Of a stretch of 64,000 nucleotides of DNA, positions 23,117 through 33,185 are shown piece by piece. Origin of the DNA: a phage. The stretch lies in the sequence record PZ179882.1. One strand, given 5' to 3'. Within the stretch, counting starts at the first letter, position 1, and each line of letters opens with the position of its first letter. Below the pieces are notes generated by a model, which was not told the DNA's origin, did not search any database, and saw nothing but the letters and a program-made list of their open reading frames with translations. The position numbers and the translations under genes are program-made.

Positions 23117-24885
23117 AAAAGCCACAAGAAATGCAAACGATGCGCAGAAAAGTTATTTCAGATAATAAACCAACACAGGAAGCGGCTAAATCCGCTTCCA
23201 ATACTTTATCTGGACTTAATGACATTTCTACAAAATTGGATGATGCTCAAGCTGCTTCTGAATTAATAGCTCAAACCGTTGAAGAAAAATCGAATGAAAT
23301 AATTGGAGCAATTGACAATGTAGAAAGCGCAGTGAGTGATACTACTGCTGGTTCTGAGTTAATTGCTGAAACTGTAGAAATTGGCAACAATATTAATAAA
23401 GAAATCGGTGAATCACTCGGAAGTAAATTAGATAAATTAACGAGTTTACTAGAACAAAAAATTCAAACAGCTGGAATTCAACAGACAGGAACCAGCTTAG
23501 CTGTAGTCGAAAGTGCTATTCCCGTTAAAGTTGTTGAGGATGATACAGCTGAATTTGTTGGTCCATTATTACCAGCTCCTGAAGCAGTTAATAATGATCC
23601 TGACGCTGATTTTTTTCCTGCCCCTCAACCAGTTGAACCTAAGCGAGAGTCACCGGAAGAAAAACAGAAAAAAGAAGCATTTAATTTAAAATTATCTCAA
23701 GCTTTAGATAAATTAACAAAGACTGTTGATTTTGGATTTAAAAAATCCATTTCAATTACTGATAAAATATCAAGCATGCTATTTAAGTATACTGTCAGTG
23801 CTGCTATTGAAGCTGCTAAAATGGTTGCATTAATAATGGCTGTTGTTATTGGAATAGACCTACTGATGGTTCATTTTAAATATTGGTCAGATAAATTTTC
23901 AAAAGCCTGGGATTTGTTTAGCACTGATTTTAAAACTTTTTCAAGCGAAACCGGAACTTGGGGTCCTTTATTACAGAGCATCTTTAGTTCTATTGATGAA
24001 ATTAAAAAATTCTGGGAAGCGGGAGATTGGGGCGGTTTGACGGTAGCTATTGTAGAAGGGCTTGGAAAAGTTCTTTATAATTTAGGAGAACTTATTCAGC
24101 TTGGAATGGCTAAATTATCTGCAGCAATTCTTCGAGTCATTCCTGGTATGAAGGATACTGCTGATGAAGTAGAAGGAAGAGCACTAGAAAATTTCCAAAA
24201 TTCTACTGGAGCATCTCTCAATAAAGAAGACCAGGAAAAAGTTGCAAATTATCAAGATAAACGAATGAACGGAGACCTTGGTCCGATAGCAAAAGGATTA
24301 GATAAAATTGCTAATTGGAAAACTCGTGCATCTAACTGGATTCGTGGCGTTGATAATAAAGAAGCACTAACTACCGACGAAGAACGTGCAGCAGAAGAAG
24401 AAAAATTAAAGCAACTTTCACCTGAAGAAAGAAAAAATGCTTTAATGAAGGCTAATGAAGCCCGTGCCGCAATGATTCGCTTTGAAAAATATGCTGATTC
24501 AGCTGATATGAGTAAAGACTCAACAGTTAAATCAGTTGAAGCTGCCTATGAAGACCTTAAAAAACGGATGGATGACCCGGATTTAAATAATTCACCGGCA
24601 GTTAAAAAAGAACTTGCTGCTAGATTTTCTAAAATTGATGCTACTTATCAAGAACTCAAGAAAAATCAGCCTAATGCCAAACCTGAAACTTCTGCTAAAT
24701 CGCCAGAAGCAAAACAAGTCCAGGTTATTGAAAAGAACAAAGCACAACAAGCTCCTGTTCAACAAGCATCTCCTTCAATCAATAATACTAATAATGTTAT
24801 TAAGAAAAATACTGTCGTTCATAATATGACACCTGTTACGAGCACGACTGCTCCTGGTGTATTTGATGCGACTGGAGTTAATTAA
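23113..24885 (+). CDS. 29: Baseplate hub subunit / tail length determinator (tape measure)
   Basis: 590-aa ORF; T4 gp29 position and length. Confidence 0.9.
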   Translation: MKKPQEMQTMRRKVISDNKPTQEAAKSASNTLSGLNDISTKLDDAQAASELIAQTVEEKSNEIIGAIDNVESAVSDTTAGSELIAETVEIGNNINKEIGESLGSKLDKLTSLLEQKIQTAGIQQTGTSLAVVESAIPVKVVEDDTAEFVGPLLPAPEAVNNDPDADFFPAPQPVEPKRESPEEKQKKEAFNLKLSQALDKLTKTVDFGFKKSISITDKISSMLFKYTVSAAIEAAKMVALIMAVVIGIDLLMVHFKYWSDKFSKAWDLFSTDFKTFSSETGTWGPLLQSIFSSIDEIKKFWEAGDWGGLTVAIVEGLGKVLYNLGELIQLGMAKLSAAILRVIPGMKDTADEVEGRALENFQNSTGASLNKEDQEKVANYQDKRMNGDLGPIAKGLDKIANWKTRASNWIRGVDNKEALTTDEERAAEEEKLKQLSPEERKNALMKANEARAAMIRFEKYADSADMSKDSTVKSVEAAYEDLKKRMDDPDLNNSPAVKKELAARFSKIDATYQELKKNQPNAKPETSAKSPEAKQVQVIEKNKAQQAPVQQASPSINNTNNVIKKNTVVHNMTPVTSTTAPGVFDATGVN

Positions 24886-24893
24886 GGAATAAT

Positions 24894-25988
24894 ATGGCAA
24901 TTGTTAAAGAAATAACTGCTGATTTAATTAAAAAGTCCGGTGAGAAAATTTCAGCCGGACAGAGTACTAAATCAGAAGTAGGAACTAAAACATACACCGC
25001 CCAGTTTCCAACTGGGCGTGCTAGTGGTAATGACACTACAGGGGACTTCCAGGTAACAGATCTATATAAGAATGGATTATTATTTACTGCATACAATATG
25101 TCATCTAGGGATTCTGGAAGTCTTAGATCGATGAGATCTAACTACTCTTCTTCATCTTCGAGTATTTTACGTACAGCCAGAAACACTATCAGTAATACAG
25201 TATCAAAACTGTCAAATGGATTAATATCAGATAATAATTCAGGAACAATAAGTAAAGCCCCTGTTGCAAATATTCTTTTACCAAGATCTAAATCCGATGT
25301 TGATACATCATCACACAGATTTAATGATGTTCAAGAAAGTCTTATCAGCAGAGGCGGAGGTACTGCTACTGGTGTGCTAAGTAATATTGCTTCAACTGCA
25401 GTATTTGGAGCACTGGAAAGTATAACACAAGGTATAATGGCTGATAATAATGAACAGATTTATACGACAGCCAGAAGTATGTATGGTGGCGCTGAAAATA
25501 GAACTAAAGTGTTTACATGGGATTTGACTCCACGTTCCACAGAAGATTTAATGGCTATTATTAATATCTATCAGTATTTTAACTATTTTTCTTATGGTGA
25601 AACGGGTAAATCTCAATATGCTGCTGAAATAAAGGGGTATTTAGATGATTGGTATCGTTCTACGTTAATTGAACCTTTATCTCCGGAAGACGCAGCTAAA
25701 AATAAAACACTATTTGAGAAAATGACATCGAGTTTAACTAACGTTCTAGTAGTTTCAAACCCGACAATTTGGATGGTGAAAAACTTTGGTGCAACATCTA
25801 AGTTTGATGGAAAAACTGAAATATTTGGTCCATGCCAAATACAGAGCATCAGATTTGATAAAACGCCTAATGGTAACTTTAACGGATTAGCTATTGCTCC
25901 AAACCTCCCTAGTACATTTACTCTTGAGATTACTATGAGAGAAATTATCACGTTAAACCGTGCTTCTTTATATGCGGGGACTTTTTAA
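24894..25988 (+). CDS. 48: Baseplate tail tube cap
   Basis: 364-aa ORF; T4 gp48 position and length. Confidence 0.9.
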   Translation: MAIVKEITADLIKKSGEKISAGQSTKSEVGTKTYTAQFPTGRASGNDTTGDFQVTDLYKNGLLFTAYNMSSRDSGSLRSMRSNYSSSSSSILRTARNTISNTVSKLSNGLISDNNSGTISKAPVANILLPRSKSDVDTSSHRFNDVQESLISRGGGTATGVLSNIASTAVFGALESITQGIMADNNEQIYTTARSMYGGAENRTKVFTWDLTPRSTEDLMAIINIYQYFNYFSYGETGKSQYAAEIKGYLDDWYRSTLIEPLSPEDAAKNKTLFEKMTSSLTNVLVVSNPTIWMVKNFGATSKFDGKTEIFGPCQIQSIRFDKTPNGNFNGLAIAPNLPSTFTLEITMREIITLNRASLYAGTF

Positions 25989-26953
25989 TGTATTCTTTAG
26001 AGGAATTTAATAATCAAGCAATAAACGCAGATTTCCAACGTAATAATATGTTTAGCTGCGTTTTTGCGACAACTCCATCAACTAAAAGCTCTTCGTTGAT
26101 AAGTTCAATTAGCAACTTTTCTTATAATAACTTGGGTTTAAATTCAGATTGGTTAGGATTGACTCAAGGCGATATTAATCAGGGAATTACCACGCTAATT
26201 ACAGCTGGCACACAAAAACTGATAAGAAAATCAGGGGTTAGTAAATATCTTATTGGTGCCATGAGTCAACGTACAGTTCAAAGTTTATTAGGTTCATTTA
26301 CAGTTGGTACATATTTAATTGACTTCTTTAACATGGCATATAACTCATCTGGATTGATGATATATTCGGTAAAAATGCCAGAGAATAGATTATCCTATGA
26401 AACTGACTGGAACTATAATTCCCCTAATATTCGTATAACTGGGAGAGAATTAGACCCTTTGGTTATTTCATTTAGGATGGATTCAGAAGCATGTAATTAT
26501 CGTGCGATGCAAGACTGGGTTAATGCTGTTCAAGACCCGGTAACTGGATTACGTGCTTTACCGCAAGATGTTGAAGCAGATATTCAAGTTAATCTTCATG
26601 CTCGTAATGGATTGCCTCATACTGCAGTGATGTTCACCGGATGCATTCCAGTGTCAGTGAGCGCTCCTGAGTTATCATATGATGGAGATAATCAAATAAC
26701 TACATTTGATGTTACTTTTGCGTATAGAGTCATGCAGTCTGGAGCGGTTAATAGACAAGCTGCTCTTGAATGGCTTGAATCTGCTACTATAAACGGTATT
26801 CAAAGCGTTCTCGGAAATAGTGGAGGTGTTACTGGACTATCTAATTCGCTTTCACGACTTAGTAGATTAGGAGGAACTGCAGGAAGCATTTCAAACATTA
26901 ATACTATGACAGGAATTGTCAATTCGCAAAGTAAAATATTAGGAGCAATATAA
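25988..26953 (+). CDS. 54: Baseplate tail tube initiator
   Basis: 321-aa ORF; T4 gp54 position and length. Confidence 0.9.
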   Translation: MYSLEEFNNQAINADFQRNNMFSCVFATTPSTKSSSLISSISNFSYNNLGLNSDWLGLTQGDINQGITTLITAGTQKLIRKSGVSKYLIGAMSQRTVQSLLGSFTVGTYLIDFFNMAYNSSGLMIYSVKMPENRLSYETDWNYNSPNIRITGRELDPLVISFRMDSEACNYRAMQDWVNAVQDPVTGLRALPQDVEADIQVNLHARNGLPHTAVMFTGCIPVSVSAPELSYDGDNQITTFDVTFAYRVMQSGAVNRQAALEWLESATINGIQSVLGNSGGVTGLSNSLSRLSRLGGTAGSISNINTMTGIVNSQSKILGAI

Positions 26954-26955
26954 CA

Positions 26956-26986
26956 ATGGGGACCGAAAGGTCCCCATATTTTTATT
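26956..26986. terminator. Bidirectional terminator hairpin after gene 54
   Basis: GGGGACC-GAAA-GGTCCCC followed by T-run. Confidence 0.6.
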
Positions 26987-27272
26987 TACGGAATGAAATA
27001 AAAGCAGCAACTGAAGCAACTAAACTGTCTTCAATATAAACTTCAATTTTTACCGGAGCTTCTGACTCAAATTTACCTGTTACTACACCTTGGAAAATGC
27101 TTTCAGTCTGTTCTGGCTTTGAAAAATTTTCAGAAGGAAAAATTCCGAACTTTTTATCTGTTCCAAAAATTTTAATAAATTCATCGTAAACTGCTTCATT
27201 AAAAGCGTTATCAGCAGGAATAACGCCTTCAACTACAAGTTCTTGACCTAAAAAGCGCAAAGAAGATTTCAT
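26982..27272 (-). CDS. Hypothetical protein (T4 alt.-x position)
   Basis: 96-aa ORF immediately downstream of a conserved early promoter/leader. Confidence 0.55.
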   Translation of the reverse strand: MKSSLRFLGQELVVEGVIPADNAFNEAVYDEFIKIFGTDKKFGIFPSENFSKPEQTESIFQGVVTGKFESEAPVKIEVYIEDSLVASVAAFISFRK

Positions 27273-27303
27273 TTTGTGTTCCTCATGTTATGTCAGTAAG
27301 TCT

Positions 27304-27333
27304 ACTATAACACAACACGAGGGACTTGTAAAC
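27304..27333 (-). promoter_or_regulatory. T4-type early promoter (GTTTAC -35, TATAGT -10) with conserved leader
   Basis: Minus strand GTTTACAAGTCCCTCGTGTTGTGTTATAGT...CATAACATGAGG; near-identical copy at 42996-43025. Confidence 0.55.
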
Positions 27334-29390
27334 TACATTTTGAACTTTTTAGACATTCCGTTAATATTAACCAAAGAAGCCAAGATTTGAGAAACTTCGT
27401 TTTCCTCTTCTTTTGATTCTTCTACAAGGAATTGATTAAATCCAGTCATTGGACGAACTTCACCAGTTTCCATTAAATGGTCGCCATCATATACCGATTC
27501 TTCTAATTGTTCAGAAGGAGGAACGATTGTGCCTTCGATTAGATACTTGTTATAAGCAGTTTCTTTCATCATGTACGTACTCACTTTATTAATCTTCAGC
27601 AAAATTCCACGCGGTAAAATAACTTCAGCTTCTGACGGAAATCCTGATAAATGACCCGGAACGATAACTTTGATTCGCTCAGCTCCTTTAATTACCATAC
27701 CCACGCTAGTTTCAGCATCTTCATTGGCATACGCAGAATGACTGCCCATATGCATCAAATCTTCAGCATCAACTGAACCTTCTCCTTCACCAGAAAATAC
27801 TGCGCCGGAATCATCTAGGGCCATATAGTTTTTACCATACTCACCGAAGATATTTGGTTTAAGCGATGTGGATACGAAGTTCTTGAAGTAGAACATTTTA
27901 TTTTCAATATTATGACGTAAAGTTTTAAAGGTAACTTCTTGTCCACGGTAAAGTGTAGTTCCTGGAGGAAGAACTGATCCTTTGGCAAAGGCAGAATCCA
28001 TTGTCTCGATGTGTTTAATAGCTCGTTCCATGTATTCTTCACGTGTAGAATCCGGTTTACCTAAAAGGAACGAGTTCATTTCAACATATGAATCTGCACA
28101 ATAATCTTCAATTACATCAGACTCAGCCTGAGTTAATCCTTTTGGAGTTACTTCAGTACTTGCGTATTCATACGCTTGAGAAGCAGACTCATTAATCAAT
28201 TTATAAACGCCATTCATGACAAATTGAACAATAGCTACCTTTTCATCTGGCGTGGCTTTAGAACCTTTAACTAAATCATTGATAATTTTCTTAATAACAT
28301 CAAAGCTATTAGAAATATTAATGTCAGCAAGATCACTTAAAATTTTATCAGTTTTATAATCAAAAAATTCTTTATTCTTTAAATATTCTTGAGAACCTTG
28401 ATATGTTATATCGCTCTGTAACTTGATAGATGGATCACGTAAACGTGCATGAGCCAATGCAATATGATTTCGGAAGCTTTCTAGTTCATAATCGCTAGAT
28501 TTAAAACGAGAAGCGCTTCTCATACCACCGATAGCTCCTTTACTAAAGTTTGAACCAACCTGAATAACGCCGGAGTTCATTGGTCCTTCTGCTTTATATA
28601 CCGGAACTTTAGATTCAAACTCTTGGTATTTCTTAGCAGCGAAGCTATCACCCTGAAGCGAAGCATCGACAGTAGAATATTGAGCTTGTGCTGCTAATCG
28701 ACGACTAATTTTAGTTTTCTGAATAACAGCTTGATCCGTGCGCTTATCATTTTCTAAAGCAATAGAAGCAGCAACAGCGACAGCTTTAGGAACAGCATTA
28801 CCTGTTTTAACGTCTACATAAACATCACCAACCTTTGATTCAACTTTTGTGAATAACTCAGTTGAAATAGGAGGTACACCTGGAATGTCTTCTAAATTGG
28901 CATTTTTACGGTAAACCATAATATATGCGTACTTTTTATCGTAATCCCAGATTTCTTTTAAAAGAACATATCGACCTGCTCCTTTAGTACGTACTAAACG
29001 GTCGGCAATAACCTGCATTTGACGAGCTGCACCGTTTGTTTTACTCTTTAGTACGCGGAATAAGCATGCATCAATTTTATACTGTTTCATTGTCTGAAGA
29101 GCAGTATCAAAAACGGCATTAATGACACCAATTGGATTTCCACCCAAGTTTTTAAGTTTAACTAATGATAGTTTCTCATTAACACCTATCATTACGATAT
29201 GCATCATTTTATCGCCTGGCTTAACGTTTTTATTTGTATCACCGCCAGAGGTGTATGTACAAAATCTAAATCCAGGAAGCACGCTTTCTTCACCGGCTTG
29301 AATAGCAAAAATTTGAGGTATTTTATGCTTAGGATTTAAGTTAACAACCGGCGCCGAAGCGCCGTCAAATAATTCTGTAATAAGTTCCAT
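27333..29390 (-). CDS. Alt-family mono-ADP-ribosyltransferase, paralog copy
   Basis: 685-aa ORF; N-terminus MELITELFD shared with the adjacent alt; C-terminal R-S-E-type motifs YRGQ, FVSTSL, EAEVILPRG. Confidence 0.85.
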   Translation of the reverse strand: MELITELFDGASAPVVNLNPKHKIPQIFAIQAGEESVLPGFRFCTYTSGGDTNKNVKPGDKMMHIVMIGVNEKLSLVKLKNLGGNPIGVINAVFDTALQTMKQYKIDACLFRVLKSKTNGAARQMQVIADRLVRTKGAGRYVLLKEIWDYDKKYAYIMVYRKNANLEDIPGVPPISTELFTKVESKVGDVYVDVKTGNAVPKAVAVAASIALENDKRTDQAVIQKTKISRRLAAQAQYSTVDASLQGDSFAAKKYQEFESKVPVYKAEGPMNSGVIQVGSNFSKGAIGGMRSASRFKSSDYELESFRNHIALAHARLRDPSIKLQSDITYQGSQEYLKNKEFFDYKTDKILSDLADINISNSFDVIKKIINDLVKGSKATPDEKVAIVQFVMNGVYKLINESASQAYEYASTEVTPKGLTQAESDVIEDYCADSYVEMNSFLLGKPDSTREEYMERAIKHIETMDSAFAKGSVLPPGTTLYRGQEVTFKTLRHNIENKMFYFKNFVSTSLKPNIFGEYGKNYMALDDSGAVFSGEGEGSVDAEDLMHMGSHSAYANEDAETSVGMVIKGAERIKVIVPGHLSGFPSEAEVILPRGILLKINKVSTYMMKETAYNKYLIEGTIVPPSEQLEESVYDGDHLMETGEVRPMTGFNQFLVEESKEEENEVSQILASLVNINGMSKKFKM

Positions 29391-29393
29391 GAT

Positions 29394-31487
29394 TTATCCT
29401 TGAACAAACTTGTAAGGCATGTTTGTAATATCTATGCAAGACGCAATAATTCCAAGAGATGATTCTACTTTTTGTTTAACATTTGATGAAACAAATGATG
29501 CAAAGTCAACTCTGTCTTCTATTTCAATATCATCTGTCATTGCAACTACTTCGCCGGTTTCCATTAGACGGTCACCGTCATAAATTACTGATTCGGTGAG
29601 TTCTTCCGTAGTCATAACTTCAGCTTGAATGAGTTTTGTGTTATTAGATGTTGTTCCGTCATTATTAGAAGCATCAGTTATTTTATTAACTTTGACCATC
29701 AATCCGCGCGGCAGAATAACTTCAGCTTCAGTTGCTATTCCGAGACTTCCTGGATATACAACATTAACTTTATGAGCTCCATCAATTGCCCATCCTATTT
29801 GAACTTTAACGTATTCAGGATTTTCTTTATACGCTCTTATTTCGTTTGGATTAATAGTTATTCCTTCTTCATTTTTATCAACTGTTAATTCATTACGAGC
29901 TTCTGGTTCTAAAAGACCGATACCAGCATGTGTAATTCCAAAACGTCCAAAAATGATAGGAGTTAAAGAAGTAGATACAAAATTTCTGAAATAGAACACT
30001 TTATTTTTAACTAGTGCTTCGTATATAGGAGCAGTCATACTTTGAGCACGATAAACTGTAATGCCTTCTGGTATACGGTCACCATTTTCAAAGGCTGAAT
30101 CTAAATTATTTATCGCAGATTCAATTTCTTTTTCACTCATTACATCATATCGTTCTGGATTGTAGCGGCCTAAAAGAAGATTATTGATGTCAGTATATCC
30201 TGATCCACAATACTCTCTAATGCCGCGCTTTTGCGATGGGGTATATTTAGAACCATCACGGGCAATAGTAATATCAATCATTGGACCTGCACCAATTCCA
30301 GAAAAGCTATAAATCATTCGTTTGAGGAATTTAGTTTTTGCTGCGTTCCAGGAATTTTTAGTTATTTCTTCCCAGACTTCATCTGGCTGTCCTTTACGAG
30401 TTTTATTATGTTTATCAAGCCAAGTATCTTTATATTCTTCAAAGAATTTATTAATAGCTGCTGCGTATTTCTCTAAACATTTTATTGAAGTAGTTGGTTC
30501 ATTTTTAATCGCATTAAGAATTACATCTTTAATTTTTTCAGAAACTTCATTAACCTCACTTTTTGAAAAGAATTTATAGTCATAGTGAAGTTCATCTGCG
30601 GTTCCTTCGGCAATGATTTTTGCTGCCTTAGTTTTAGAAGCTAATGAATTAATTCCAAGCTTCATTTCTTCTGCTTCGGGAATTAAAGGAGCTGTAGCAG
30701 GTTTATTGAAATTAGCTGCGGTAGATTCATACTTCTGGAATAATTTACTTTCAAATCTAGAAGATTCTAATGATTGACTTTGCGCAATTGCTCTACGGGA
30801 AATTTTAACTTTAACAATAACAGCTTGGTCAGAACGTTTATCATTTTCTTGTGCAATAGATGCTGCAATTGCCTCATTTTTAGTTACTTGAGCTCCGGTA
30901 TCTTTATTGATATAAACATCGCCGACCTTCGATTCAACTTTAGTAAAGAGCTCGGTACTAATTTCCGGAACTCCTGGAATGTCTTCTAGTGATACATTTT
31001 TGCGATGTATAAGAATATATGCATACTTTTTATCATAATCCCAGAGTTCCTTAAGAAGGACGTATCTGCCGCCTGAACGACTACGGATAAGTCTATCAGC
31101 AATAACTTGAATTTGTCGAGCTTGACCAGCAGTTTTAGACTTAAGAATACGAAGCATACAGGCATCAATTTTATACTGACGCATTGTTTGCATTGCAACA
31201 GTAAAAACTGAATTGATGTAATTAATTGGGCTTGGACCGAGACCTTTTAATTTAGCAATTGAACCTTTAGCAGTTAGTGTAAAAGGAACAATGTGCATCA
31301 TTTTATCGCCCATCTTTAAATCACGGTTAGTATCACCTCCAGATGTATATGTACATAAACGAAAGCCTGGTTGCTCAATTGCGTCATCAACATGAACTGA
31401 AAAAATTTGCGGTATTTTCTTCTTTGGATTTAAGTTTGTAATCGGAAGAGTAGTATCTTCGTCAAATAATTCTGTAATAAGTTCCAT
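29394..31487 (-). CDS. alt: Alt ADP-ribosyltransferase (packaged, injected)
   Basis: ORF track 29394..31490; start taken at the second Met (MELITELFDEDTTLPITNL); C-terminal YRAQ, FVSTSL, EAEVILPRG motifs. Confidence 0.85.
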   Translation of the reverse strand: MELITELFDEDTTLPITNLNPKKKIPQIFSVHVDDAIEQPGFRLCTYTSGGDTNRDLKMGDKMMHIVPFTLTAKGSIAKLKGLGPSPINYINSVFTVAMQTMRQYKIDACMLRILKSKTAGQARQIQVIADRLIRSRSGGRYVLLKELWDYDKKYAYILIHRKNVSLEDIPGVPEISTELFTKVESKVGDVYINKDTGAQVTKNEAIAASIAQENDKRSDQAVIVKVKISRRAIAQSQSLESSRFESKLFQKYESTAANFNKPATAPLIPEAEEMKLGINSLASKTKAAKIIAEGTADELHYDYKFFSKSEVNEVSEKIKDVILNAIKNEPTTSIKCLEKYAAAINKFFEEYKDTWLDKHNKTRKGQPDEVWEEITKNSWNAAKTKFLKRMIYSFSGIGAGPMIDITIARDGSKYTPSQKRGIREYCGSGYTDINNLLLGRYNPERYDVMSEKEIESAINNLDSAFENGDRIPEGITVYRAQSMTAPIYEALVKNKVFYFRNFVSTSLTPIIFGRFGITHAGIGLLEPEARNELTVDKNEEGITINPNEIRAYKENPEYVKVQIGWAIDGAHKVNVVYPGSLGIATEAEVILPRGLMVKVNKITDASNNDGTTSNNTKLIQAEVMTTEELTESVIYDGDRLMETGEVVAMTDDIEIEDRVDFASFVSSNVKQKVESSLGIIASCIDITNMPYKFVQG

Positions 31488-31510
31488 CATATCCTCTCTA
31501 GTGTTTATTC

Positions 31511-31518
31511 TATTTATA
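31511..31518 (-). promoter_or_regulatory. Late promoter TATAAATA (minus strand) upstream of alt
   Basis: Minus strand TTTTATAAATAG about 25 nt upstream of the alt ATG. Confidence 0.5.
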
Positions 31519-31524
31519 AAATTA

Positions 31525-31542
31525 AAGGCCCGAAGGCCTTTA
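31525..31542 (-). terminator. Hairpin terminator downstream of the ligase operon
   Basis: AAAGGCC-CGAA-GGCCTTT, U-rich tail on the minus transcript. Confidence 0.45.
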
Positions 31543-31728
31543 ATAATCTAGTGGTAAGAGAGTACGGTATATTTCAAACTTTGGACCTTTTTCGTAGGCA
31601 TCAAATGTTTCTGTAAATTTATTATAAGCATACGCATCTACAAATTCGAGAATGACTTGCGATACCGAAGTAGAAACATCTCCACCTTCTTTTTGAGCAA
31701 CGACAATTGTTTCTAAGTAAGCTTTCAT
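31540..31728 (-). CDS. Hypothetical small protein
   Basis: 62-aa ORF with 4-nt overlap to the ligase gene stop. Confidence 0.5.
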   Translation of the reverse strand: MKAYLETIVVAQKEGGDVSTSVSQVILEFVDAYAYNKFTETFDAYEKGPKFEIYRTLLPLDY

Positions 31729-33185
31729 AGACCAGTTACCTCATGAAAATCACCAAATACATCCTCGAATGTATTAGCTTTAGTTTTATCTTCACGTAAA
31801 CGAATCGCAATCGGAAGAAATAATTTAACGTAATCAGTGCGGCCATCAGATTTTAACCAACCGTTGCATTCGCACTCTAGAATTTTTCCAATATAATAAT
31901 TTTGGTTTTCCATAATGCGAGTACGGTCAAGTTCATGCGATTTTACACCGGCTTTATCTTTTAAGCCTGAACCAGCATTTACTTTAATTTTTCCACACTC
32001 TGATTCAAGAATAAATCCACCTGCTTTAGTAGGGTCTTTACGGTGAGGATAAATTCCTACAATTTTTAAATCAACATCAATTACTTCTTTAAATTTATAA
32101 AGATTTTTTGAACGAGCATTTTCCCACAATCCATCGGTATTTTTGAGAATAATACCTTCAAGACCTTGGTCAATATATTTTTTATAAATTACCTTAGCTT
32201 CATCTAGGTTATTTACTACTTGGTTTTCAATTAAAATTACTTTATCATATCCTGATGTCATTTGTTCTAGTTTAGAAAAACGTACATCATATTTTAAACG
32301 AAACGCCGGAAGACCGTATATTTCTACCAACGGAACATAATCCCAGACCTGAAACTTCATGCATTTGGCTTCTTTTTCTGAAATAGTTCCCTTTAAAGAT
32401 TTATTGGCGATTCCATTAGAAGCAGTACGAGATTCAGCTACTTCGGCAAACTCTTTAGCTTTACTATTTTCAGGAGCATCAAAAAGAAAATCTAGGCCTT
32501 CTGGTTCCTTTTCAACTTGCTCATGGTATACCAATTCGCCATCGATTAACACGCCTTCTGGATGAATCTGGCGGGCTTCAGCAGTCATTTTGATTAACTC
32601 TTCCTTAAGAAGATCTAATCCTAGGTATTCATTGCCAGCTCGCGATAAAAGACGAACATCATCTAATTCATCACCTCGGACTTCAGCAAAACACCGAGCT
32701 CCATCTGCTTTTAACTGTGCAAAAGCTGGAAATTTTATATTCTTACTAATGCCTTTTTCATCATAAGAACTTGCCAGCATTTGAGGTTGTTCAGGAATTA
32801 AACCTGGCCAAACTTTGTTTGCAATAGATACTGAAGCACCACATTCAAGGTCTCGCATCATAACTCGACGCAAAACTTCAACATCATCCTTTTTACCATC
32901 GGTGATATAACCAGTTAATTCCTCAATTGCTGCATTGCCAGTTAATTTCCGAGTAGCTAACGTGAATTCAATGAAGTCAAGCATATCGGTAATAGTCAGC
33001 ATTCCAAAACTCTGGGTAGCAATACCAGGTTTAGGCCATTTCTTGATATAATACTGTAACCCACGAGAATAAGTCAGACGATATACTCGTTTAAGCAATT
33101 CATTATCTTTATTCTTTTCAAGAATTGCTTGCTTCTGTTTAGTTGATCCAATAGATGCTATTTCATTCAGAATTTTAAGAATCAT
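31725..33185 (-). CDS. 30: ATP-dependent DNA ligase
   Basis: 486-aa ORF; adenylation motif KADGARCF; matches T4 DNA ligase as recalled. Confidence 0.95.
   Translation of the reverse strand: MILKILNEIASIGSTKQKQAILEKNKDNELLKRVYRLTYSRGLQYYIKKWPKPGIATQSFGMLTITDMLDFIEFTLATRKLTGNAAIEELTGYITDGKKDDVEVLRRVMMRDLECGASVSIANKVWPGLIPEQPQMLASSYDEKGISKNIKFPAFAQLKADGARCFAEVRGDELDDVRLLSRAGNEYLGLDLLKEELIKMTAEARQIHPEGVLIDGELVYHEQVEKEPEGLDFLFDAPENSKAKEFAEVAESRTASNGIANKSLKGTISEKEAKCMKFQVWDYVPLVEIYGLPAFRLKYDVRFSKLEQMTSGYDKVILIENQVVNNLDEAKVIYKKYIDQGLEGIILKNTDGLWENARSKNLYKFKEVIDVDLKIVGIYPHRKDPTKAGGFILESECGKIKVNAGSGLKDKAGVKSHELDRTRIMENQNYYIGKILECECNGWLKSDGRTDYVKLFLPIAIRLREDKTKANTFEDVFGDFHEVTGL

Noticed and set aside
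29625-31198. Several 70-87-aa plus-strand ORFs
   Set aside because: Antisense within the alt gene; A/T-rich frames
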